Notes under the pieces: model-generated
What the model was told of the DNA's origin: nothing
Database searches by the model: none
Seen by the model: only the letters and a program-made list of their open reading frames with translations
Shown: in pieces, positions 19,374 to 28,324 of the stretch
Numbering within the stretch: position 1 is the first letter of the stretch
How the letters are laid out: the number at the start of each line of letters is the position of its first letter
Source: a virus
Lineage: Duplodnaviria > Caudoviricetes
DNA length: 53,386 bases
IMG/VR virus record: IMGVR_UViG_3300040807_002454
Location: 1-53,386 of that record
Strand: one strand, 5' to 3'
Made by a program: the position numbers and the translations under genes

Positions 19374-19721
19374 TCATTTAACTAAATAGATTTTCCTTAG
19401 GGAAATTCTACCTAAATGATTTGTATGAACCTTTAAGTAAAAATGATCCTTAGTTAAAGAGGCTCTTACTTCCTTGCCATTATGCAAGATTCCAGTATCT
19501 TTTCCTATCCAATAAGGATAAAGATGTCCATTTTTATGAGTCAGCTTGACATACCTGCCATTAGACTCATATACTTGAAAAGTAATACCATCAACTAAGA
19601 TAGTACTACCTGTATTGGTACCACTATGTACATCAAATGATGTACTGGTATTGGCTAAAGTATACTGCCCTTGTACAGGAAGTAAGTATAGCCAAGCCAT
19701 TAATGCTAAAAGTAGTCTCAT
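19374..19721 (-). CDS. secreted hypothetical protein
   Basis: Signal-peptide-like MRLLLALMAWLYLLPVQG-Q. Confidence 0.55.
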   Translation of the reverse strand: MRLLLALMAWLYLLPVQGQYTLANTSTSFDVHSGTNTGSTILVDGITFQVYESNGRYVKLTHKNGHLYPYWIGKDTGILHNGKEVRASLTKDHFYLKVHTNHLGRISLRKIYLVK

Positions 19722-19912
19722 GGTTTTAATTCTTTTTTTAAGTGAACGATGTTATTTGCCAATTTCTTAAGATAGAACTTAAGTCCTATATTTCTAGTAA
19801 GCGTATGCACCTCTTTAATCTTATCGTAATTAGATTGAAGGGTACTAAGTAACTCTTTTTCATCCAGTTTTCCTTCAACATATTCTGCCAGTAAGGTATC
19901 AAAGTCTTTCAT
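19718..19912 (-). CDS. hypothetical protein
   Basis: Short ORF overlapping both neighbours. Confidence 0.5.
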   Translation of the reverse strand: MKDFDTLLAEYVEGKLDEKELLSTLQSNYDKIKEVHTLTRNIGLKFYLKKLANNIVHLKKELKP

Positions 19913-20234
19913 GATTCAGGATATTGATTAAGTTATCAAATGTTTCTAAACTATCACAGTAAAAACTTACACCTTTACCTGATATTTTAGCTACTTTTTC
20001 TTTCGGTAAATATACAAATACATTATAAATACTCATGCTAGTAATACCAGCGTAAGTATATGTCTTATAATAGTACTCACTACTGTCACAAGCTAATGGA
20101 CTTTTACCTATCCCAAACTCCTTATTATACCATGCAGGAGTACCAAAGAAATCATCAGGGAATGTTCTGACTTCTTCTCTAGTTGGGATCCTTGGAGGTT
20201 CTTCATTATATTTTAGTTCTACTACTGGTCTCAT
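19899..20234 (-). CDS. hypothetical protein
   Basis: 111-aa ORF, ATGA-coupled. Confidence 0.55.
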   Translation of the reverse strand: MRPVVELKYNEEPPRIPTREEVRTFPDDFFGTPAWYNKEFGIGKSPLACDSSEYYYKTYTYAGITSMSIYNVFVYLPKEKVAKISGKGVSFYCDSLETFDNLINILNHERL

Positions 20235-20515
20235 ACTAGTAGTTTATACTTATCAACCGTCACATATCCTGTTCTAACAGAACACAGTTTGTTAGTGCTG
20301 ATGATTTTATGTTCTTGCAAAAATGCAACCATACCTGTATTTTCGGAATAATCCTTAATAAAGGCTTCGTTACTTGGTAATCGCTCATCAAAATTAACAG
20401 TAGCAACAGCTATTGGCTCGCCTGAATCGGCGTCGGTTAATTCTAACCTAGTATTACCATTTTGGTATTTACCTACCTTAAGACAACAGTCCCATAATTT
20501 GTATTTCATGTTCAT
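20231..20515 (-). CDS. DUF4313-like phage protein
   Basis: YQNGNT.L.L.D...GEP.A.ATVN......EAFIKDYSEN.G...FL pattern. Confidence 0.6.
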   Translation of the reverse strand: MNMKYKLWDCCLKVGKYQNGNTRLELTDADSGEPIAVATVNFDERLPSNEAFIKDYSENTGMVAFLQEHKIISTNKLCSVRTGYVTVDKYKLLV

Positions 20516-20622
20516 TAGTTTAGATGATTACCTTAACAACATTTACTCTCTATTTGGATTTAACTTCAAGAGAACTATTTCTAGCTGCTGTCCAACCTCC
20601 CTAATTAAAGGGAGGAATTTTT

Positions 20623-21570
20623 TTAACTATACAGATCAATAAGAAATCCGATAGCCATATTCGCATGGCTATCAAATATAATCTCTCCATCAAAATTATC
20701 CCAGAGGGTTTGGTATAGCAACAAACCATTCTGATTTTTTACTCCTTCATCTGCGAGTTGCTTATAGAATGAAGGCTTCTTTAATTGTACATATCGCTCA
20801 TCAACGTTATGAACTTTGTACATATTGTAAGGGAATCCTCCGATTATAAACACTTTATCCTTTCCCACCAGTAATCTGGTACAATTAGATAATTGTTTAA
20901 TCGCTACTGTAGGATTGATATTCAACTTGTGAAATTTTGCTCCAGGACTTTCACAAGATTGGTCTTCAGTGGTAGTTTTACAGTTACCACTGCCTATATC
21001 CTCACTGGCAGAGTTGTTCCTATATAACCTAGGAACAGAAGAAAGAAATGCATATTTCCCTTCTTCATTAGCCTGTACTTCATTAACAAAGTACCCAGCA
21101 GAGGAAATTGCCTGAGATAGCTCTCTCCCATTGTCAGTCTTCAATGCTCCTGAAGAGATGACAAAATGAATATCTGATCCATTTACCCCATAGTTTATAA
21201 ACCATAAGATATACTCTTTTATAGCAGCTAATATTTCTGCCTTAGAGTTAAAGTCGTCAATAACAAATGAAGTTCCCCATCTGTATTTGACTTTTTCCCA
21301 TCTACCTTGGCTATCAAGATTGATGATGAAGGCATTCAAACCTTCTGCGCCACATTCAACTACGGCCTTCAAGCTTCCATCTACAGGCGTATCTACTCTA
21401 ACAGATACTCCCTTATGGAAGTTTAAATCTGTAGCTATAGTGTTAGACATATTCTCAATGCCTTCTGCTGTAGATATATCATCCACGTAAAAAGTTTTGT
21501 AGCAAAAAACAGATACTGCTACAAGTAACAATACTAAGGCGAACTTTGCGCCTGGTTTCATCCTTTTCAT
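20623..21570 (-). CDS. membrane-anchored ASKHA (Ppx/GppA-like) fold protein
   Basis: N-terminal TM; VVECGAEG, ISSGA, EEGKYAF, EDIGSGNCK motifs. Confidence 0.55.
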   Translation of the reverse strand: MKRMKPGAKFALVLLLVAVSVFCYKTFYVDDISTAEGIENMSNTIATDLNFHKGVSVRVDTPVDGSLKAVVECGAEGLNAFIINLDSQGRWEKVKYRWGTSFVIDDFNSKAEILAAIKEYILWFINYGVNGSDIHFVISSGALKTDNGRELSQAISSAGYFVNEVQANEEGKYAFLSSVPRLYRNNSASEDIGSGNCKTTTEDQSCESPGAKFHKLNINPTVAIKQLSNCTRLLVGKDKVFIIGGFPYNMYKVHNVDERYVQLKKPSFYKQLADEGVKNQNGLLLYQTLWDNFDGEIIFDSHANMAIGFLIDLYS

Positions 21571-21697
21571 AATATAGTATTTAGTTTAAAAATTAGTTAC
21601 AAAGATGCTCCTGACACTCCCTCTAAATCTGTTTGTGTCTATCCAGTCAGCTAGTGTTTACTGTGCCAGGAGCGATAAGTTATAACAGACATAAAAT

Positions 21698-21730
21698 AAA
21701 AAAGTAGATGAGGCATCACTCCCCATCTAC
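21698..21730 (-). terminator. intrinsic terminator-like hairpin
   Basis: GTAGATG/CATCTAC stem followed by T6 on the minus strand. Confidence 0.55.
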
Positions 21731-21765
21731 AAAAATCTATCTTGCGCCATGTTAATAAAAATATT

Positions 21766-22242
21766 TTAGCGTAATAAGGAATCGTGATAAAACGCCCTTA
21801 TTAGTGATAATGCTTGGTAATACTCTTTGGTTTCTAAATTGGGTACCATAGCATCTTCATACTCATGATTCTCATCCAGGAAGACAGTATAAGTACTGTC
21901 GAATGGAGAGTAGTACATTTCTGCACACCTCAAATGATCTACTCCAATGCAGACCATGTTGTAGTCTATTCTCTCTATAAACGCTGAAGCTATTCTATTA
22001 GCTTCAATCTGATATAAGTCAACTTCTTCTTCAGCTTCTTCCATTATCATTTCTTCCATTATCATTTCTTGAGGATCAGATTGAGGAGCAAGCACCCCAA
22101 CTAATACAAAAACATAAATTAAAATCCCAATCCCGAAAGGCTCGAAGTTCTTAGTTCTGAATGTCGACATAAGAGATCCTAACAAAAACAAGCACATAAT
22201 TATAAAGATGGTTAATGTCATGACACATTTTAAAAGTGTCAA
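21766..22242 (-). CDS. two-TM membrane protein with acidic linker
   Basis: Two hydrophobic helices; EMIME repeat from a 15-bp tandem repeat at 22036-22070. Confidence 0.55.
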   Translation of the reverse strand: MTLLKCVMTLTIFIIMCLFLLGSLMSTFRTKNFEPFGIGILIYVFVLVGVLAPQSDPQEMIMEEMIMEEAEEEVDLYQIEANRIASAFIERIDYNMVCIGVDHLRCAEMYYSPFDSTYTVFLDENHEYEDAMVPNLETKEYYQALSLIRAFYHDSLLR

Positions 22243-22284
22243 GCTTACCTATTCTTTATAAGAGTAGAATAAGCTTGACATATG

Positions 22285-23610
22285 TTATAAAATCCTTTTT
22301 AAGATATTTTCTTTGTTCCAACCTTCAAGCTGTAACTCAAAAGCTGTATTCAGTATTGTTGTGAACTTAGGCGAAGGAGTCATTCCTGCCTGAATTAAGT
22401 CTCTCCCCTTGACAAGAGGTTCTATCTTCTCTGGAAAAGAAGTATGGAATTGAAAACATCTTTCTGATGGAAGATGCTTGTCACGAATACTTCTACCAGT
22501 TCTCCCAGCACTGTCAGCTTTACTTAACCATCCTAAAAGGTCAAGTCTGCATAAAAGATGTAATCTTTTCCAAGCTGACAATTTGGCATTACCTGAAGAT
22601 AGTTGTCCAGGTCTCATATGTAATCCTACCAACTTAGGTACAAGTTCTAATAAAAATTTATTATCAGTAATCCTTTCCATAAAAGTTTTAGCAAGTGGAA
22701 TACCTGCTGTATCATGTTTAGGACTTCTTAAGTCCTTGTCAGTAGTACTAGGCTTACCAATATCATGCAACAATGCTGCAAACATATAAGCAAGTCTATA
22801 TTCTTCTGGTACATGCCGTCTTAGTTGAGCAGCATTATCTAACACCATTAGAGTATGTACCCATACGTCACCTTCTGGATGCCATTCAGGATTTTGTTCA
22901 CATCCAATAAGATCTAACAACTCTGGAAAATGAACTAACCATCCACATTCCTTTAAAAACTCTAAGCCCATTGAAGGCCTTTCGGCTTTAAGGAGTAATT
23001 TTTTAAACTCCTCAAATACTCTCTCCTTAGATAACTCACTAAAGGAGTCAATTATAGTCGAGCACAATACTTTTGTATCATACTCAACTACTCTCCCTTT
23101 CCTTGGTAAGAGTTGCATAATCCTTAGAACTCTCAACGGATCTTCTACGAAGGTATCAGGATTTGTAGCTCTTAAGATACCTGCATGTAAATCCTTTAAC
23201 CCATTATAAGGATCAATTAATTCCCCAGTATGTAAATCTCTATACATACTATTGATCGTTAAATCTCTCCTTAATGCAGCTTCTTTTGGAGTCATCATAG
23301 AATCTAACTCTATGTTAAATCTTTTGTGACCAACTCCTATTTTATTCTCTCGTCGAGGAACAGATAAATCAATATCTACTCCTCCTATTTTTGTTATAAT
23401 TACTCCAAAGGATACCCCTTCTAACTTAAAGGAATGTCCTAACTCTTTTAAAGTAGACAGTATATCAACTAAAGACAAGCCATAGATTTCTATATCCCAG
23501 TCTTTAACTATGCGAGACTGAATAGTGTCTATTACAGCCCCTCCAATTAATAGACATCTACCTCCTTTTTTGGCAATAGTATCTATAAAAACTTGTAAAG
23601 TTTCATTCAT
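22285..23610 (-). CDS. cca: class II tRNA nucleotidyltransferase (CCA-adding enzyme) with HD domain
   Basis: IGGAVID..KDWDI, RRDLTINSM, EDPLRVLR, ERVFEE, HPEGDVWVHT, LLHDIGK. Confidence 0.92.
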   Translation of the reverse strand: MNETLQVFIDTIAKKGGRCLLIGGAVIDTIQSRIVKDWDIEIYGLSLVDILSTLKELGHSFKLEGVSFGVIITKIGGVDIDLSVPRRENKIGVGHKRFNIELDSMMTPKEAALRRDLTINSMYRDLHTGELIDPYNGLKDLHAGILRATNPDTFVEDPLRVLRIMQLLPRKGRVVEYDTKVLCSTIIDSFSELSKERVFEEFKKLLLKAERPSMGLEFLKECGWLVHFPELLDLIGCEQNPEWHPEGDVWVHTLMVLDNAAQLRRHVPEEYRLAYMFAALLHDIGKPSTTDKDLRSPKHDTAGIPLAKTFMERITDNKFLLELVPKLVGLHMRPGQLSSGNAKLSAWKRLHLLCRLDLLGWLSKADSAGRTGRSIRDKHLPSERCFQFHTSFPEKIEPLVKGRDLIQAGMTPSPKFTTILNTAFELQLEGWNKENILKRIL

Positions 23611-23635
23611 GATTATTATTTTAAAAGTTAATAAG

Positions 23636-23742
23636 CGGAAGTGGTAGGATTTGAACCTACATTATATGACTACTTATAAAAATAAGTGCCAATATACTAC
23701 CAATGTTTGTTTCTCAGCATATAGCTCCACAAACTCACTTCC
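23636..23742 (-). ncRNA. tRNA-like RNA (perfect acceptor and T arm, non-canonical middle)
   Basis: GGAAGTG/CACTTCC + G, GTAGG-TTCAAAT-CCTAC; 107 nt; no canonical D or anticodon arm. Confidence 0.65.
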
Positions 23743-23939
23743 ATGTAATAAATTATTTGAACAGTTCCCATTCTCTAAAGAATAAGCCTACCTTTAACGT
23801 AGCTTCTTCTTTGTTTAAGAAAATGGAAACTAAAGATCTTACTTTTTCCCCCTGTGAGGAGATAAAAGTAAAAGACATAAAAGCAAACCCTTTATTAACA
23901 GAGTCTCCTTTTTCGATTAGTTGCCACATAATTAAAGAT

Positions 23940-24128
23940 TTACAACCAAGGGGATGGAAAATTATACATTTTCCTTAACGCCTTAGTATTTCTATAATAT
24001 TTCACTCCCCAATTAATCTTACCTTCACTGTCTTTATACGAATAGAAGGAGTGTATCCTATTCATATGTATATGTTTAAGGAATGAATTCCTAGAGTGAA
24101 GGCTTCTAAACTTCTTTGTATAAACCAT
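23940..24128 (-). CDS. small basic hypothetical protein
   Basis: Likely start ATG 24128 (MVYTKKF). Confidence 0.35.
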   Translation of the reverse strand: MVYTKKFRSLHSRNSFLKHIHMNRIHSFYSYKDSEGKINWGVKYYRNTKALRKMYNFPSPWL

Positions 24129-24237
24129 GATTAAAGGTTTAAACAAAGATATACTATCCTAGCTCTTATTCAAGGAGCAAACAAGGATTCAAGTCTTGTC
24201 TTTTGGATAGTAATCTTTGAATGAATATCTTTTTAAT

Positions 24238-24656
24238 ACCTACTAACTTAGCTTCTCACACTAACATTAGTAGGTCGCACAATAGCACTTATCTTTGAGA
24301 AGATAAATACTTAGGATAATCGAACGTACACTCGCGGCTGTTCAACTAAACGCAGAAACAATGTTTCATGCTGCCCCAACACATATAATAATCCCAATCA
24401 ACAGGATTATATATACATGCAACTATCTTTTGGATAGTTCCCCTAAATGTGATATCTACATTATCATAAGGGTTGTTATGGTCAGTAACCTGCCAATAAT
24501 AAAATGCTGCTCTCTGACATTGGATTAGAACTAATATAGCCCACTCACCTCATTCTAAGGAGATTATGTCACACACTTCAAGTAGTGCATTGGGTTCATG
24601 TTCTAGCAGCTTGTTCCGTTTGTAAGTTCCTTACTCTATTGTGCCTATTAAACGGA
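24238..24656 (-). ncRNA. putative structured ncRNA, copy B
   Basis: ORF-free; motifs shared with copy A; 9-bp long-range pairing between 24277-24285 and 24636-24644. Confidence 0.5.
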
Positions 24657-25544
24657 AAAATATAGGTCTTATCCTTCTTATTGGCTGGTAGAGTACTATC
24701 CCCCTACCAAGGAATTAAAAAAAGAATCATATTCTAAATTTATCCTTCCTCACTTATTCCTCGTCACTGGTTAAAAATAATTGCCCTTTGTTAACTCAGG
24801 TTTGGCAACTGCGAACACCCGCATAATATTTTAATAGTTTGAGGTATTGTACAAACTAAATAGGCTCTCTAGTGCCTACAATACTACCACCTAATATTTT
24901 ACTTCCCTTATTCAGCTCAATTGGAAGAATGATACACACTGGAAATAATGTCAAGTCTTTTAAGACTGAGCAATGTGCTTTAATCATTAATAGTTGCATT
25001 ATATTTAATACTCCCTATGCAACTGGGATACAAATGAATATTCCTCTGGCTTTTACTTCTGCCACCTCTTTTAGGTATCCTCAAATTTGTCCTGAAGAGA
25101 ACAACGTTCGGAATATTCCTCATAGCACTCTCAAGAGCATCGAAGCTCTTATTGTATGTTCTCAACCTAATTCCTTTGAAATTAATAGATTTATAAAAGT
25201 AATGTACGTTACTTCTATAAACAGATGATATTACTATCATACTCGTTTAACTATTTCCATTACCTTGCTTATTAGACATCCACAAGGTCATCTTTTTGAA
25301 CATACTCAGCAAACCTGCTGAGAGTAAATTAAGTTGTACAGTATATCAACTGTATAAGAAACTATGTTACCATAGAGTCTATTTTACAGAGTGCAACTTA
25401 CACACTCAAACCTATCATTATAAAGCCTCAAGGTTTTGGCTATAACTTTAAATACTTAGTTTAAAAGTATGCCAGGACTTACAAGAACTGCCTGACATAC
25501 TAATTTAACCCCAAAAAACCAATCTTATACGTATATAGGATTGG

Positions 25545-25904
25545 TCATTTGAGAAACTTTGAGTATTGATAATCATTCTCAATCCTTTCTTCAGGAGAAG
25601 TAGGATTGAGATGAGTCTTTCTTTTCTGTAGTTTCCTTAGTCTAGTAGAATACAATCTATAGACAAAGGTGTCAATCGAGACTTGTTGATCATGCCTATA
25701 CTTGGCAATATCAAATAGTCTCTCCAAAGTAAGAACTCTTAGGATATCTTCCAATAACCTAGAGTCCCGCAATGTAGAATGAGCTACTCCTCTTGAAGGC
25801 ATACGCTTTACAAGAAAAGAAGGGAATTCTATTTTACGATAATCATACCCTACTTCCAATTTAGAAGTAAGGTGATTAAAGTATATGCAAGTTTTAGACT
25901 TCAT
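25545..25904 (-). CDS. hypothetical protein
   Basis: 119-aa ORF, ATGA-coupled. Confidence 0.55.
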   Translation of the reverse strand: MKSKTCIYFNHLTSKLEVGYDYRKIEFPSFLVKRMPSRGVAHSTLRDSRLLEDILRVLTLERLFDIAKYRHDQQVSIDTFVYRLYSTRLRKLQKRKTHLNPTSPEERIENDYQYSKFLK

Positions 25905-26143
25905 ACATATTTCTTTTTCAACATCTCCAAGATGGAGACATCTATGTAGCGAGCTTCTCCAACAGCACCTCTTTCCTCAATTGATTGAGATGCATCTGGA
26001 ATACTCCAATCTACCACTTCCTTCCACAACTCTCCCAAAAATGTAGTTTCTCCATCTTTATAGATGAAGAACTGTTCTGGGACAACTCGTCCCATTGATA
26101 AATTAAAAGGCTGTGGATTTATAGGTCTGATATCTTTTACCAT
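25901..26143 (-). CDS. hypothetical protein
   Basis: 80-aa co-oriented ORF. Confidence 0.55.
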   Translation of the reverse strand: MVKDIRPINPQPFNLSMGRVVPEQFFIYKDGETTFLGELWKEVVDWSIPDASQSIEERGAVGEARYIDVSILEMLKKKYV

Positions 26144-26159
26144 GGCTAAAGATTTAAAC

Positions 26160-26900
26160 TAGGATACACAAGTGAATTCACACCTATGTATCCTGCGAGT
26201 ACAAAACTGATGACTGCGAAGGATACTCCCTTCTTTGGCAACGTTAAGCTGTTGCTGCCAAGCTAACCGAAATTAGACTATCTTTGGAGATACAATACTC
26301 CTAGTTATTTTAACTCATCTCTTGCTAGTCTTCTATTATTCCTTAGAGTCCGTAGAGTCTAATAGAATAGAAAAGAAGGTGTATTAGCAAAAGACTCGTC
26401 TCACCCTACCAAGGTGAGATTAAACTGCTTTGGTATGCAGTTAGGTATATTTTCATTTTATACTAGTTATATACTCCTCAACCCAATTGAAGTAAATAAC
26501 CAGTGCCTGATTTTAAAGTCCGCACTAACTTTCCTTTATCGTCTACTAGAACGATTTGATATCATAAACTCCCCTAAGCAGTGTAGTAGTCACTACATAG
26601 TTTGATAAAGAGTTTATAAAAAGGAATAGTAGCCCCACAGGCTTGTCAAGGTTTATCAACCTTAAAGAATTTAAGAGAGTCCTACGCTAATAAGACTCTC
26701 TTAAAAGGTTAGTCGTTATCGTAATCCAGGTAATCCTGATACGACCCGACAGTGCCATCTGGCATAAGAATGTAATCCATGATTGTATGTATTTAGTTTG
26801 AGCGTCGTATAGACCTAAACCTACTTGAAGTAGACCAACCCTTTTAAGGATTTGCACTAAATAGTTATTAGCATGCACAGATTTGATGTGTTGCTAATTT
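26160..26900 (-). ncRNA. putative large structured ncRNA downstream of tRNA-Lys
   Basis: About 750 nt of nearly contiguous hairpins and multi-branch closures with no convincing ORF. Strand inferred from context. Confidence 0.4.
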
Positions 26901-26976
26901 AGGGGAAAGGGAAAAGATGGAATAGGGTAGTTAGGTGAATAGCCCCTTATCTACTCCTTTATTTACCTTACTAAAG

Positions 26977-27049
26977 TTCTCCCACTAGGACTCGAACCTA
27001 GACTCCCTCGATTAAAAGTCGAGTGCTTTACCAATTAAGCTATGGGAGA
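26977..27049 (-). tRNA. tRNA-Lys(TTT), no encoded CCA
   Basis: TCTCCCA/TGGGAGA, D GCTT/AAGC, CTCGA-CTTTTAA-TCGAG, CTAGG-TTCGAGT-CCTAG. Confidence 0.95.
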
Positions 27050-27121
27050 ATATTACACCATATATATATATGGTATAAGAGCATTGTCCTCATAATGACA
27101 CAAGGACAATGCTAAAAGATC

Positions 27122-27484
27122 TTAATGCATATGTACAACTTCCTCATTAGAAGCTATCCACTCTTCCACCTGACAATATGCTATGCCAGTTCCCATTCTT
27201 TCTACTAGCCACTCCCCGTCTACTAAAGAGTGTTTGTAAATATCGTACGAATATTTCACCTCTCGACTCCACTTATCATAGGACTCGAAAGTTCTAAGAG
27301 TATCTCCATCTCCTTGTAATTGAGGTGAACAAGAAGTCTTAGGTAGAGATGGTTCGTGAGTTACTCCGCAGAGTATTTCAGTTGCCACTATAGGATTCGG
27401 AGTTGCGTAAACAATCTCTACCAATGCATTTATATCTATATTAAGAAATTTTTCTTCCAAGATGATTTTTATTAGTTTATCCAT
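27122..27484 (-). CDS. hypothetical protein
   Basis: 120-aa co-oriented ORF. Confidence 0.6.
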   Translation of the reverse strand: MDKLIKIILEEKFLNIDINALVEIVYATPNPIVATEILCGVTHEPSLPKTSCSPQLQGDGDTLRTFESYDKWSREVKYSYDIYKHSLVDGEWLVERMGTGIAYCQVEEWIASNEEVVHMH

Positions 27485-27627
27485 GGCTTAAGATTAAAAA
27501 AATCCTTTATTACACCTACGATACTAATACTGGTATGTATTAATACTCTAAGGAGTAATAAAGAACTTTAAGATTAAAAAGTTTGAAGAGAGGAGTAATA
27601 AGACCTAAGCCCTATTACTCCTTCTTC

Positions 27628-28083
27628 CTAATTCATACCATCCACTACAGGTTCTTTCTCTGCTTCTTTCTCAACTTCTTTCTCAACTTCTGCTTCGACT
27701 GGCACTGGAGCTGGAAGGACTATTATCTTTGGAGTTCCTACAAACCCTTTGGCTTGTAACAATTCCAAAGGAGAAGTAATCTCCATTTGAAGAGTACAAT
27801 CGTACTCCTCTGCTGTTACCTCAACCCCGTCTAATCGTGTGTAGGTACGGTTTGGGGACTTTGTAAATTGAACCAAGGCGGTTGTACCAGCCTTAAGTCC
27901 TTTAAGGATGGCAGATGTTCCATTCACTAAGCCAATGGAACTTGGCTCCCCTTTCTTGTTTAGGTTGACGGGCATAGTGCCGCCTAGACAAGTAAGAACT
28001 AAGGGAAAGTTCTTACGCTTGTCTGATTCAAACGCAGGGGATGTTCCCTGGCTGATCTTGACAATTGCATCATATGTTTCCAT
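27628..28083 (-). CDS. first gene of the leftward arm; acidic repetitive C-terminal tail
   Basis: Likely start ATG 28083 (METYDAIV); tail EAEVEKEVEKEAEKE. Confidence 0.6.
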   Translation of the reverse strand: METYDAIVKISQGTSPAFESDKRKNFPLVLTCLGGTMPVNLNKKGEPSSIGLVNGTSAILKGLKAGTTALVQFTKSPNRTYTRLDGVEVTAEEYDCTLQMEITSPLELLQAKGFVGTPKIIVLPAPVPVEAEVEKEVEKEAEKEPVVDGMN

Positions 28084-28149
28084 AATTAGCAGGTTGCTCC
28101 CCAATAAACCACCTTTTAGTTGGAGAAATGAAACTGAAAACAATTACGG

Positions 28150-28320
28150 AGCGTAAAGCAAGGTGGTACACTACCCTCCAAGTTTAGGTAGTGCGTTATT
28201 CAAAGGGTACCTCAATATATGAGCCTCATACTTTAAAATAATCAACCCATATTTTTTTCAAAAAAAAATTTTTTTTATTCCCCATTTTGTTGCATAAGGT
28301 TTAATTTTGTATTAACTTGC
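28150..28320. promoter_or_regulatory. divergent strand-switch control region
   Basis: Gene orientation flips here; CACTACC/GGTAGTG hairpin; long T-A-T homopolymer tract at about 28252-28276; weak rightward Bacteroidota-like promoter (GTTG...TAACTTGC). Confidence 0.55.
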
Positions 28321-28324
28321 TTAA

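Noticed and set aside
18950-24290. Group II intron starts (GTGCG at ~18960 and ~24280, minus strand)
   Set aside because: The motif lies near the 3' end of the tracts; no domain V/VI, RT ORF or interrupted gene was found.
26205-26280. Hammerhead ribozyme suggested by CTGATGA...GAAA
   Set aside because: No convincing stems I/III or stem II closure could be built around the core.
22036-27690. Short in-frame tandem repeats (15 bp at 22036; 12 bp near 27665)
   Set aside because: They only encode low-complexity acidic linkers; not CRISPR or phase-variation tracts.
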